A stretch of 64,000 nt of DNA. It comes from an uncultured Thermoleophilia bacterium. Its GTDB lineage: Bacteria > Actinomycetota > Thermoleophilia > UBA2241. The notes under the pieces are model-generated. The model worked only from the letters and a program-made list of their open reading frames with translations, searched no databases and had not been told where the DNA came from. The DNA lies in contig CAVPCT010000005.1 of the NCBI GenBank assembly GCA_963702475.1, positions 416,001 through 480,000 on the forward strand. The letters are read 5' to 3'. The translations under genes and the position numbers were made by a program. Positions 9,997 through 19,593 of this stretch are shown one piece after another. Numbering within the stretch: position 1 is the first letter of the stretch; each line of letters opens with the position of its first letter.

Positions 9997-10791
9997 TCAC
10001 GGCAGCCTCTCGAACAGCAGCTCCGTGGCCCCGAGCTCGATGCGGTCGCCGTGCTGGAGCACGGCCTGCTTGACGTCGCGCCGGTTGAGGCGCGTGCCGT
10101 TTGTGGACCCCAGGTCGTGCAACATGAAGCCGTCGCCCTGTCGCCTGATCTCGATGTGCTGCCGGGACACGTTGGGATCGGCCAGCACGATCTCGCAACG
10201 CCGGCTGCGCCCGATCACGGTGACCTCGTGGCGCAGCTCCCACTCGCCCTGCGGACCGCGGAGAGCTGCGCGCATGGCGGGGGCGCGCCGCGGTTCGGGG
10301 GCTGGGGCGACCGCGGCGGCCGGCGGATCCTGGTAGAGCACGGTCTGGTCCATCATCGGACCGGCCGCCGGCGCCGCCACGGCGGCCGGCGGCACGAAGG
10401 CCGGCGCATCCGTGTCCACTGGAGCGTTCACCGTGCGTGTGGCTATGCCGAACTCACCCACGCGCAGGTCGTCGTCGCGGTGCAGCTCGATGTGCGGCGG
10501 GGCGACGAGTGTCCATCCCTCGCGGCGCGCGAACGCGGTGACGTAATTGGAGAGCTCGGCCTTGAGCGCGTCGGCGAACGCCGCGAGCTGCTCGTAGTCG
10601 GACTGGCCGAGGTACACGTCGAACTCGTTGGGCACGTAGACGTTGGAGACGCCGACCGTCTTGTGGTCGCCCATCTCCTTCGCCAGCTTGTGCGCCAGCT
10701 CGACCGGCTGCACGCTGGACTTGAAGGCGCGCCCGAAGCCGCCCTCGACGAACCCCTCCAGCTTCTTTTCAGCCTTCCTGAAGATGCCCAT
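9997..10791 (-). CDS. fhaA: DUF3662 + FHA protein FhaA
   Basis: FKSSVQPVELAHKL...VPNEFDV N-domain; IGRSR, SRQH, DLGSTNGT FHA. Confidence 0.88.
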   Translation of the reverse strand: MGIFRKAEKKLEGFVEGGFGRAFKSSVQPVELAHKLAKEMGDHKTVGVSNVYVPNEFDVYLGQSDYEQLAAFADALKAELSNYVTAFARREGWTLVAPPHIELHRDDDLRVGEFGIATRTVNAPVDTDAPAFVPPAAVAAPAAGPMMDQTVLYQDPPAAAVAPAPEPRRAPAMRAALRGPQGEWELRHEVTVIGRSRRCEIVLADPNVSRQHIEIRRQGDGFMLHDLGSTNGTRLNRRDVKQAVLQHGDRIELGATELLFERLP

Positions 10792-12472
10792 CGTCGCGTT
10801 CCTCCGGCGCTTCTTCCGTCGTCAGGACCAGCAGCAAGAGTATCACGGCCGCCGCCAGGACCACGTTCAGGAGCAGCGACGAGAGCTCGGCCGGGTAACC
10901 CCAGATCGCGATGGGCACGATACGGTACGCGCAGAACACCGCGGCGAAGGCCAGCGCCCAGACCCAGAGACGGACCTCGAGGCGGCGGCGCGACAGGGCG
11001 TAGCCGACCGCCGCCGCCAGGCCCGCCCACACCAGCATCTGCAGGAGGCAGGCCGGCGCGACCGCGAACGAGACGAGGTGCGCCGCCGCGCTGAACGGAT
11101 CGCCGGCCGCGGCCGCCTCCGCCCCCACCTTCCAGCGCGGCTGGTACAGCGTGAAGGGGCCGCGCGGGGCGCGCAGCAGCAGGAGGTAGATCAGCGTGCC
11201 GGCGCCGGCCCAGGCGGCGGCCAGCGGGCCGCGGACGCGGCCCAGCAGAGCCGCCCCCGCCGGCGCCAGCAGCGCGAGGTGGAACGGCACCAGCACCAGG
11301 GCGAGCGTGGGCCACAGCGCCACGATCGGCCTGCTGCGGGTGAGCACGAAGAGGAACACGGCGAAGACCAGGTAGGCCGCGCCGAGCGCAAGTGACACGT
11401 TGAGCACCGGGAACGCGAGCGCGCCCAGAAGGAACGCCAGGCCCGCCTGCGGCACGACCGCCCAGCAGGCGGTGGCGACGGCGACGATGGGCAGGGTCCA
11501 GCTCACCGGGTACGCCGGCAGCGTGCCGAGGACGACCGTGCTGGTGACCGCAGCGAGGGCCGCTCCGCCCGCGCGCTCGGCCAGCACGCTCGTGCGCGCC
11601 AGCGGCTTGAGCAGACGCTGCAGGCCGCCGAGCGGCCGCGTCTGCAGCCGCCCGCTGCCGAGCAGCTCGTCGAGCGCCTCGGCGAGATCGACGGCGGCCG
11701 GGCGGTCGCCCGCGCGCGCGGCGCAGGCCCGGTCGACGAGGTCGATCATGGGCGTGGGCAGGTCGGGGCGGAGCTCACGAAGGGACGGGAGCCGCCCCGC
11801 GGCGACGTTGGAGAGCGTCTCGGCCGGGGTCTGCCCGCGCAGCGGGTGCCCCCCGGCGAGGAGCTCGTAGAGCACCATGCCCGCCGAGTACACGTCACTC
11901 GGTGGCCCCACGCGGCGTCCCGACGCCTGCTCGGGTGACATGTACGCGACGGTGCCGATGACGTCGCCGTCGTGCGTGAGCGTGTCCGCGTCCATGAGAC
12001 GGGCGATGCCGAAGTCCATGACCTTGACGTGGCCTTCGTTGCTGAGCATCACGTTCTGCGGTTTGACGTCACGGTGGATGATGCCCTGGCTGTGGGCGAA
12101 CGCCAGGGCGTTGAGCAGCTCCGCGCCGACGGCCGCCACGTCGCCGTCGCTCAGGCGGCCCTGCACCTTGTCCAGCGACTCGCCCTCGACCAGCTCCCAC
12201 ACCAGCACCTCGCGCGAGCCGTCGCCGAACCAGTCGTACAGGGCGACGATGTTGGGATGGGTGAGGGCGGCGGCGGCCTCGACCTCACGCACGATACGCC
12301 CGGACATGCCGCGTCCCTCGCCGACGACCTTGAGCGCTACCGGGCGCTCCAGGACGGTGTCCCAGGCCGCGTACACCTCGGCGAACCCGCCGCTGCCGAT
12401 CCTGCGCAGGTCCTGGTAGCGCTCACGCCAGTCGGCGTACAGGGGTGTCGTGCTGTGAGCGGCGGAGGGCAT
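10769..12472 (-). CDS. Ser/Thr protein kinase with multi-pass membrane C-terminus
   Basis: GSGGFAEVY, HRDVKPQN, DFGIAR, GTVAYMSPEQ followed by many hydrophobic helices. Confidence 0.88.
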   Translation of the reverse strand: MPSAAHSTTPLYADWRERYQDLRRIGSGGFAEVYAAWDTVLERPVALKVVGEGRGMSGRIVREVEAAAALTHPNIVALYDWFGDGSREVLVWELVEGESLDKVQGRLSDGDVAAVGAELLNALAFAHSQGIIHRDVKPQNVMLSNEGHVKVMDFGIARLMDADTLTHDGDVIGTVAYMSPEQASGRRVGPPSDVYSAGMVLYELLAGGHPLRGQTPAETLSNVAAGRLPSLRELRPDLPTPMIDLVDRACAARAGDRPAAVDLAEALDELLGSGRLQTRPLGGLQRLLKPLARTSVLAERAGGAALAAVTSTVVLGTLPAYPVSWTLPIVAVATACWAVVPQAGLAFLLGALAFPVLNVSLALGAAYLVFAVFLFVLTRSRPIVALWPTLALVLVPFHLALLAPAGAALLGRVRGPLAAAWAGAGTLIYLLLLRAPRGPFTLYQPRWKVGAEAAAAGDPFSAAAHLVSFAVAPACLLQMLVWAGLAAAVGYALSRRRLEVRLWVWALAFAAVFCAYRIVPIAIWGYPAELSSLLLNVVLAAAVILLLLVLTTEEAPEERDDGHLQEG

Positions 12473-12540
12473 GGGGGCGGGCTGGGTCCTTCCTTTTGGA
12501 CCCTATTCGGTATGGTACAATCCGAACCCTGTTACGCGCT

Positions 12541-12627
12541 GGGCGAGTGGCGGAATTGGCAGACGCGCTAGGTTCAGGGTCTAGTGCACTTACGTGCGTG
12601 CGGGTTCAAGTCCCGCCTCGCCCACCA
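12541..12627 (+). tRNA. tRNA-Leu(CAG)
   Basis: GGGCGAG/CTCGCCC acceptor stem, anticodon loop TTCAGGG, long variable arm, encoded CCA; TGGTACAAT -10 upstream. Confidence 0.95.
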
Positions 12628-12657
12628 GCTTCTTCCTGATGACGGGGGTTCCGCCGC

Positions 12658-13752
12658 GTGGATTTCTTCGACGACGACGCCGCCAGCGAGTCGACGAAGC
12701 GGGAGTCATCCCCCACCCGGACCCAACCCCGCCGGCGCCGCTCCAACCCCGCCCGCACGCGCACCCAGCGCATCGTCATCCTCGCCGTCGTCCTGTTCCT
12801 CGTCGTGTTCGGGCTCGCGCTGTGGATACGCGCCTGCCAGCACGACCGCAAGGTCGCCTCCTACCGCGACTACTTCGAGGGCGTCTCCACCGCGATCGCC
12901 GACTCCGTGACCATCGGCAAGCAGCTGGACCAGCTGGTGGAGAACCCCACGCGATACTCGCGCAAGGAGCTCGTTGCCAAGCTGGAGGAGCTCACCGCCA
13001 AGCAGGATGAGATCGCCGTGCGCGCCGCGCGCCTCTTGGCCCCCGACACGCTCGCCGCCGAGCAGACCTCGTTCGCCGAAGGCATGCGCGTGCGCGCCGA
13101 CGGGTTCGAGCAGTTCACGACGGCCATGCTGGGCAGCCTCGAGAACAAGAAGGTCACGGCCGGACAGCTCGCCGCTCTGGAGGCCTACTTCAGCGGGCCC
13201 GACGCGTACTACATGAGCCGCTTCTACCTGCCGGCGCGCAACGTCATGAACGAGCAGGGCGTCACCGACGTCGCAGTCCCCACCGCCACCTGGTACCTCA
13301 AGTCGCGCACCTTCGAGCTCGAGCGTCTGCAGCAGATGCTCAGCAGCGTGGGCAGCTCCACCAAGCTCTCCGGCATCCACGGTGTGGCCCTCGTGAACGT
13401 GGTCGCGCTCCCCGGCGACGTGGCGCTCATCAGCAACGGTGTGACCACCGTCTCGGCGAGCGCCGACCTCGGGTTCGAGGTGACGGTGCAGAACCAGGGC
13501 GACGTCACCGAGAACGACGTGCCCGTCACCGTCACCATCAAGCCCCCGGAGGGCGACGAGATCTCCCAGACGGGCACCATCGCGACCCTGCCGGCCGGCA
13601 AGAGCCAGAAGGTCACCGTGCAGGGCTTCGCCATCCCGCCCGAAGCCCTGAGCAAGCAGTCCACGGTCAAGGTCACCGCCGGGCCGGTGAAGGGCGAGCG
13701 CGTCAAGACCAACAACACGGCCCAGTACAAGATCCTCCTGCAGCTGCAGTAG
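12658..13752 (+). CDS. Membrane-anchored protein with C-terminal CARDB/Ig-like domain
   Basis: TM near N-terminus; FEVTVQNQGDVTENDVPVTV...NNTAQY CARDB-like pattern. Confidence 0.7.
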   Translation: MDFFDDDAASESTKRESSPTRTQPRRRRSNPARTRTQRIVILAVVLFLVVFGLALWIRACQHDRKVASYRDYFEGVSTAIADSVTIGKQLDQLVENPTRYSRKELVAKLEELTAKQDEIAVRAARLLAPDTLAAEQTSFAEGMRVRADGFEQFTTAMLGSLENKKVTAGQLAALEAYFSGPDAYYMSRFYLPARNVMNEQGVTDVAVPTATWYLKSRTFELERLQQMLSSVGSSTKLSGIHGVALVNVVALPGDVALISNGVTTVSASADLGFEVTVQNQGDVTENDVPVTVTIKPPEGDEISQTGTIATLPAGKSQKVTVQGFAIPPEALSKQSTVKVTAGPVKGERVKTNNTAQYKILLQLQ

Positions 13753-13755
13753 CGG

Positions 13756-14553
13756 GTGCAGGTCCTCACCGACATCGCCCCCTACGTCGCCGTGAGCGCC
13801 GCCGCGCTGGCGGTCGTCCTGCTCGTGCTCGTCGTCGTGCTGTGGGTTGGCCTGCGCAGGCTGCGGCGCGCGCAGGTGGTGGTATTGGGCCGCCACGAAC
13901 AGCGCGACATCATCGCCGAGGTCGTGAGCCTCGACTCGCAGGTGCGCAACCTGCGCGAGGCGGTGGAGATCCTCACCGACCAGCTCGACGAGCACAAGGC
14001 GCAGCTCGACCGGGCGCTCACCAACCGCGCCATCGTGCGCTACGACGCGTTCCGCGACGCCGGCGGCGAGCAGAGCGCCTCGTTCGCCCTGCTCGACAGC
14101 TACCGCTCGGGTGTGGTGTTCAGCGCCATCGCCGCGCGCGACTTCGCGCGCCTCTACGTGAAGCACCTCGACCACGGCGCCTCCGACAGGGACCTCTCGC
14201 CGGAGGAGGTCGAGGCCGTTGCCGCGGCCGTGCCGCGGCCGCTGGCGCGCGGCGAGGTGGGGGCGCGCGCTCTGCGCGCGCCCGGCATCGCCGCGCCTCG
14301 CCCGCCACTGGCGGCCGACGAAGCGGCGGCCGACGCCGTGAACCCGGACCAGGAGGTCCTGCCGCTCGAGCCGCCGGTGCAGGCCGCGTCGCCGTCGCCA
14401 CAGGCCGACCCCGACGCCGCCCGCCGCGCCTTCGATGCGCTGGCGGACCTGGACGGCGAGGCCGACGAGTTCACCTGGGAGACCCGCGTGCCGTCGCGCA
14501 CGCCGCCGGCCGACCACGGCCCGGTCCCGCCAAACGGGCCGGCGGCCGGCTGA
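13756..14553 (+). CDS. DUF4446-family membrane protein
   Basis: IVRYDAFRDAGGEQSASFALLD...RLYVK...LSPEE signature. Confidence 0.8.
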   Translation: MQVLTDIAPYVAVSAAALAVVLLVLVVVLWVGLRRLRRAQVVVLGRHEQRDIIAEVVSLDSQVRNLREAVEILTDQLDEHKAQLDRALTNRAIVRYDAFRDAGGEQSASFALLDSYRSGVVFSAIAARDFARLYVKHLDHGASDRDLSPEEVEAVAAAVPRPLARGEVGARALRAPGIAAPRPPLAADEAAADAVNPDQEVLPLEPPVQAASPSPQADPDAARRAFDALADLDGEADEFTWETRVPSRTPPADHGPVPPNGPAAG

Positions 14554-14641
14554 CCGCACTCCCCCCGCCGCGCCCGCGAGACACCCTGAGGGTCTGATAA
14601 CCTACGCCGGCAGCGGAGACCTGAGTGGCGAGGAGGACGGC

Positions 14642-15484
14642 GTGGCGCAGCACACGGGACGAGTGGCTTTTCTCGGACCCGAAGGCACGTTCACCGAGGA
14701 GGCCCTGCTCGCCAACCCGCCCGAGCCCGCGCTCGCCCCGTTCCCCTACCCCACCATCGAGGACGTGATGCGCGCGGTGGCCGGGGGCGAGGCCGACCTC
14801 GGGCTGGTCCCCATCGAGAACTCCCTCGAGGGCTCCGTGACGCGCACTCTCGACCGCCTGGCGTTCGGCGACGACGAGGTCTCGGTGGTACGGGAGGTCA
14901 CGCACCCCATCCATCACCAGCTCATCGCGCGCCGCGAGATCGGGCTCAACGAGGTCACCAAAGTCGTGAGCATCCCCATCGCCTACGGGCAGTGCCGCGC
15001 GTTCATGCGGGCGAACCTGCCCGGCGTGGAGCACGAGGCCACCGACTCCACGGCCGAGGCCGTGCGCCGCGTGAGCCGCGTGGAGCGTCCCTGGGTGGCC
15101 GTCGGCACGCGGCTCTCCGCCGACCTGTACGAGTGCGTGGTGCTGCGCGACGACATCGAGGACTCCGGCGACAACCGCACCCGTTTCGTCTTCCTCGCAC
15201 GTGAGCCGGCCGCGCAGGACCTGGCCGGCCCGTACAAGACCAGCATCGTCTGCGGCATCGGCCACGACCAGCCCGGCGCCCTGCTGCTCATCCTCAGTGA
15301 GTTCGCGCACCGGTACGTGAACCTGACCAAGATCGAGTCGCGGCCGTCGCGCCAGGGCCTGGGCGACTACATCTTCTTCATCGACGTCGAGGGACAGGAG
15401 GGCGACCCGCCTATCGCGCAGGCGCTCGCGTGCCTGCGCTGCAAGCTGCCCTGGGTCAAGGTGCTGGGGTCGTTCCCCGCCTGA
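14642..15484 (+). CDS. pheA: Prephenate dehydratase
   Basis: FLGPEGTFTEEA, VPIENSLEGSV, NRTRF, ACT domain NLTKIESRPS; GAGGAGG RBS. Confidence 0.95.
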   Translation: MAQHTGRVAFLGPEGTFTEEALLANPPEPALAPFPYPTIEDVMRAVAGGEADLGLVPIENSLEGSVTRTLDRLAFGDDEVSVVREVTHPIHHQLIARREIGLNEVTKVVSIPIAYGQCRAFMRANLPGVEHEATDSTAEAVRRVSRVERPWVAVGTRLSADLYECVVLRDDIEDSGDNRTRFVFLAREPAAQDLAGPYKTSIVCGIGHDQPGALLLILSEFAHRYVNLTKIESRPSRQGLGDYIFFIDVEGQEGDPPIAQALACLRCKLPWVKVLGSFPA

Positions 15485-15499
15485 GCGGTACGGGGGTTC

Positions 15500-16726
15500 G
15501 TGATGGACGACAGACTGAAGCACGATGCGCCCGGCACGACGGACGCTGCGGCAGCCGACGGGCTGGTCGTCACACCGGCGGGCACGGAGCTTGCGGAGGC
15601 AGCGGAGGGCCAGCTCGAGCAGCAGGAAGAGCCGCCGGACGCCCCGCCCCTCACGGCGCCGAGTGGGGCCGGCTACTTCGTCCGCCGGGTGCACGCGGCC
15701 AGCGAGTTCGAGCTCTTCTTCGTCTCCGCCGTCGGCACCATCCTCATCGTGCGCGCGGCGCTCGCCCTCACCGGCTGGCCGCAGCTCGGAGGCGGCAAGA
15801 TCCACTTCGCGCACCTGCTCTGGGGCGGCCTCGGGATGCTCATCGGCATCGTCCTCTTCATGGCCTTCCAGGGCCGCATGTGGCGGTTCTTCGCCACGCT
15901 CGCCTGCGGCATCGGCTTCGGCCTCTTCATCGACGAGCTGGGCAAGTTCATCACGTCGGACAACGACTACTTCTTCCAGCCGGTGATCGCCATCATCTAC
16001 CTCATCTTCGTGGCCCTGTTCTTCCTGTTCCACTGGCTGGGGACGGTGAGGAACCTCACGCAACAGGTGGCGCTGGTCAACGCGTTCGACTACGCCAAGG
16101 AGGCGGTGCTGCGCGACATGGACGCCGGCGAGCGCGACGAGGCGCTGTACCTGCTCAGCCGCTCAGACCAGCGGGACCCCATCGTGATCTCGCTCACCAG
16201 CAGTCTGCGCGCGTACACGGACCTCGCCAAGCCCCTGCCGTCGCCGATCACCAAGGCCAGGGCCTGGCTCTCCCTCCTGTCCACGAGGCTCCTGCGCAGC
16301 CGCGTCTTCAAGGCGATCATGGTCGGCTGGTTCCTGGTCATCGCTCTCGCGAACCTGATCGCCTTCATCCCGAGCCTGCTGGTCAGCCAGACGCTCACGT
16401 TCGCCAACCTCGGCCTCGCCCTGAGCGGCGCCCTCAGCGGGGCCCTCGTGGTGATCGGCGTGATCAGGTGGCGCCGCTCCCGCCTCAGTGCCTACCGCTG
16501 GTTCGAGCGCGGCGTGCTGGTGGCCATCTTCATCGGCGCCTTCTTCAGTTTCTACCAGAACCAGCTGAGCGCCCTCTGGACCCTCCTGGTCCTCCTCCTC
16601 ACCTGGGCCACCATCCGCTATATCATCGGGGAGGAGCTGAAGCGGCTGGCCGGAGAGCGCGTGGCCACCCCGACGTCAGGAGGTGACGGTGGAACGCCTC
16701 AAGTGCACCCTGAGGACGGTCACTGA
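15500..16726 (+). CDS. Conserved multi-pass membrane protein
   Basis: About eight hydrophobic helices; HFAHLLWGG and GFGLFIDELGKFITSDNDYF motifs. Confidence 0.75.
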   Translation: MMDDRLKHDAPGTTDAAAADGLVVTPAGTELAEAAEGQLEQQEEPPDAPPLTAPSGAGYFVRRVHAASEFELFFVSAVGTILIVRAALALTGWPQLGGGKIHFAHLLWGGLGMLIGIVLFMAFQGRMWRFFATLACGIGFGLFIDELGKFITSDNDYFFQPVIAIIYLIFVALFFLFHWLGTVRNLTQQVALVNAFDYAKEAVLRDMDAGERDEALYLLSRSDQRDPIVISLTSSLRAYTDLAKPLPSPITKARAWLSLLSTRLLRSRVFKAIMVGWFLVIALANLIAFIPSLLVSQTLTFANLGLALSGALSGALVVIGVIRWRRSRLSAYRWFERGVLVAIFIGAFFSFYQNQLSALWTLLVLLLTWATIRYIIGEELKRLAGERVATPTSGGDGGTPQVHPEDGH

Positions 16727-17150
16727 CGACGACCGCAGCATGGTGGCGCTGATCGCCGAGGAGACCCTGCACCCGCTCGCGGCGGGGGCCGGACACCCGG
16801 AGCGGTACCATCTGGACGAGCTCATGGACCTGCTGGACCGCGCCGAGGTCGTCGTCGCGGAGAGCGACGGCGAGGTCGCCGGCTTCATGGCCGTCGTGGC
16901 GCGGGACGACGAGCTTCACGTGGCCTGCGTCTGCGTCGGTCCCGCCTTCGAGGCTCGCGGCGTGGCCAACCAGCTGCTCGATTGGGCGGAAGGCATGGGT
17001 ATCGACCAGGGGCGCACGAAGCTCACGGCCTACGTGCCGGCGGGCGACCACCCGTCCCGGCACCTCTACGAGGGCCACGCCTTCGTCGCGACCGCCGCCG
17101 GTGGCGAGATGGTAGCGCTGGAGAAGCGCCTGCCGCACGTGGAGGCCTGA
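16683..17150 (+). CDS. GNAT-family N-acetyltransferase
   Basis: VCVGPAFEARGVANQLL motif A; LYEGHAF motif B. Confidence 0.8.
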   Translation: MTVERLKCTLRTVTDDDRSMVALIAEETLHPLAAGAGHPERYHLDELMDLLDRAEVVVAESDGEVAGFMAVVARDDELHVACVCVGPAFEARGVANQLLDWAEGMGIDQGRTKLTAYVPAGDHPSRHLYEGHAFVATAAGGEMVALEKRLPHVEA

Positions 17151-17154
17151 GCCC

Positions 17155-18078
17155 GTGCGCATCACGCTGGTCGCCGTACCATACGACCTCGGCCGCGAGG
17201 GAGTCGGCAGCGGGCACGGGCCCGGCGCCTACCTTGCCGAGGGGGTCACCGAGGCGCTCGCGGACCGTGGTCACGACGTCGAGGTCGTGACCGCGCAGCG
17301 CAGCGCGGCGTTCCACGATGAGCTGCAGGCCGTCCTCGGGGTGGATGCGGCCGTCGCCGGGATGGTCGCGGAGGCGGCCCGCGACGGCAGGTTGCCGATG
17401 GTGCTGGCCGGCAACTGCAACGTCACGCTGGGCGTACGGGCCGGCCTGCTGGCCGCGGCCGGGCCGGCCCCCCTTGAGCTCGCCACCATCTGGCTCGACG
17501 CCCACGGAGACTTCAACACGCCGGACACCAGCGAGACCGGGTACCTGGACGGCATGCCGCTGGCCATGCTCACGGGTCGTGCCTACCCCGAGACGTGGGC
17601 ACGGCTCGGCGGCGCACCGGCCGACGAGCGGCTGGTGTTGCACGGCGGCGGCCGCGACCTCGACCCCTCGGAGGCCGACGCCCTCGCCGTGTCGGAGATC
17701 CTGGTGGTGAGCGGCGCGGAGATCGGCTACCGCGGCCTCGGCGAGGCGCTCGCTCCGGCGCTGGACGAGCTGGTCAGGCGCGCAGGCGGAGCCGGCCTCG
17801 ATGCGCGCCGCCCACCGGCCATGCTGCACGTCGACATCGACGTCGTCGACCCCGCGCTGGCGCCGGCGGTGCAGTTCCCCTCGCCCGGGGGCCTGACGGT
17901 GGCGGAACTGCTGGCCGCCGTGGAGATGACGGGCGGCCGCTTCGACCTGAGAGCCGTGTCGATGACGTCGTTCGACCCCGAGGCCGGCGACCGTTTCAAG
18001 ACCTTCCGTGCCGGCCTGGCGGTGCTCACCACGGCGGCAAGCGTGGCGGCGCTGTCGGCGAGGGACTCGGTGCGCTAG
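17155..18078 (+). CDS. Arginase/ureohydrolase-family protein
   Basis: WLDAHGDFNTP, GMP, HVDIDVVDP, PGGL motifs. Confidence 0.88.
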   Translation: MRITLVAVPYDLGREGVGSGHGPGAYLAEGVTEALADRGHDVEVVTAQRSAAFHDELQAVLGVDAAVAGMVAEAARDGRLPMVLAGNCNVTLGVRAGLLAAAGPAPLELATIWLDAHGDFNTPDTSETGYLDGMPLAMLTGRAYPETWARLGGAPADERLVLHGGGRDLDPSEADALAVSEILVVSGAEIGYRGLGEALAPALDELVRRAGGAGLDARRPPAMLHVDIDVVDPALAPAVQFPSPGGLTVAELLAAVEMTGGRFDLRAVSMTSFDPEAGDRFKTFRAGLAVLTTAASVAALSARDSVR

Positions 18079-18132
18079 GAGCCAGCGCGCGGGCGGACCC
18101 GCCTCGCGGCTCCGCGAAGCGCCGGCCGAGGC

Positions 18133-19386
18133 TCAGTTGTAGAGGTAGACCGTCTCCCCCACCCACGACTGGTCGTACATCCACTGCGCGACCCACATGG
18201 GTTCGCGCACGCAGCCGTGACTGGCCGGGTACGGCGGCACCGGCGAGTACCCGTGCATCGCGAAGTCTTTGTAGAAGCCCATGGAGCGGAACAGCAGGCT
18301 GTCGTAGTTGGACGGCGCCCACAGGCTCTTGATGAAGATGTGGAAGGTGCCGCTCGGCGTGTTGCCCGTCGCGCCGGACGAGATCGCGATGATGCCGTAG
18401 GGCGCGCCGTTCTTCACGACCATGGCGATCTGCCTGCCCTTGTCCACCTCGAGGTGCGTGGACGGACTCGCGTACCTCGCCTTGATGACGTTGGCGGTCT
18501 CCAGCTTCTTCCAGTCGTCGGCGTCGAAGACGTAGGTGCGCGAGAGCCCGTACGCCTTCTGGAACGCGACGACGGCGTCGGCGACCTGGCTGGTGAACGT
18601 TGAGCCGAGGTTCGGCACGCGGAACCTGAGGCGCGACAGTGCCGTGAGCATCGCCGTGACCTGTGGCCCCTTCGAGCCGGTCGAGAGCCGCGCACCCTTG
18701 ACCTGCACGGTGGTCTGAGCCATGCGCGCGGCGATGCCGTCGGTGGCGGGCAACGACAGCTGCACGGGGAACGCCCCGAGACCGCGCAGCGGCAGGGTGA
18801 ACCGGGCCGTGCCGTTGCGCGTGGCGGCCCTGAGCCGGGCCACGGTCGTCCCGTCGTGCTTGACCACGGCAGTGATCGTGCCGGTGTACGACGACGGCAC
18901 GACCTTGACGGTGAGCGCGACGTCGGCGAACGGGACGGGCTTGCCCGCCGAGACGCTCACGCGCGGCTTGACCACCACGCGCGTGGACGCGCTCTTGGCG
19001 CCGTCCGGCAGGTGGGCGACCAGCTCGCCGCTGCGACCGGGCTTGAAGGCGAACGCGTAAGCGCCGCCGGCGTCGGTGACGGCGGTGCCGACGACGGCGC
19101 CGCCGAGCGTGATGACGACCGACTGGCCGGGGGTCGCCGGTTGCACGGCGCCCGACACCGCGACCTCCTGGCCGTAGGTGATCGCCTCCGGCGTCGCCGC
19201 CAGCGTTACTGTGAGCGGCACAGGCGTCGTCGTGGAGGACGCCGAGGGGGTGGGAGTGGGCTCCGGCGTCGGCGACGCGACCGCGGGAGCCCCCGGGGCG
19301 AACACGGCGCACAGCAGGAGCGTGAGGAAGACCGCGAGGGCCACGGCGCGACGTGGAACGGCGTGCTGGGTCGGGCGGTGCGTCAT
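18133..19386 (-). CDS. L,D-transpeptidase with Ig-like and peptidoglycan-binding domains
   Basis: Signal peptide, AVVAFQKAYGL PG-binding motif, HGYSPVPPYPASHGCVR catalytic motif. Confidence 0.9.
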   Translation of the reverse strand: MTHRPTQHAVPRRAVALAVFLTLLLCAVFAPGAPAVASPTPEPTPTPSASSTTTPVPLTVTLAATPEAITYGQEVAVSGAVQPATPGQSVVITLGGAVVGTAVTDAGGAYAFAFKPGRSGELVAHLPDGAKSASTRVVVKPRVSVSAGKPVPFADVALTVKVVPSSYTGTITAVVKHDGTTVARLRAATRNGTARFTLPLRGLGAFPVQLSLPATDGIAARMAQTTVQVKGARLSTGSKGPQVTAMLTALSRLRFRVPNLGSTFTSQVADAVVAFQKAYGLSRTYVFDADDWKKLETANVIKARYASPSTHLEVDKGRQIAMVVKNGAPYGIIAISSGATGNTPSGTFHIFIKSLWAPSNYDSLLFRSMGFYKDFAMHGYSPVPPYPASHGCVREPMWVAQWMYDQSWVGETVYLYN

Positions 19387-19593
19387 CTGCGAGCTCCTGG
19401 TCTGTGACTGCGAACGTAGATCCTCGTTCGACGAGGGTAGCACGCCGCCCTTCGGGCGGTCGACCGGGACATCCGTCCACCCCCTGAACCTGTCTGACCG
19501 GCCCTCCGAGCCCGCCGCGCGCCCCCCGCGGCGGCCGCGTCTGCCCCGGTGCGGTACGATGAGGCACGCCCAACACGACTGCGAGGAGTCACG

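Noticed and set aside
19390-19540. c-di-AMP (ydaO) riboswitch upstream of the L,D-transpeptidase
   Set aside because: The conserved ydaO elements are not visible; only a short GNRA-type hairpin is present.
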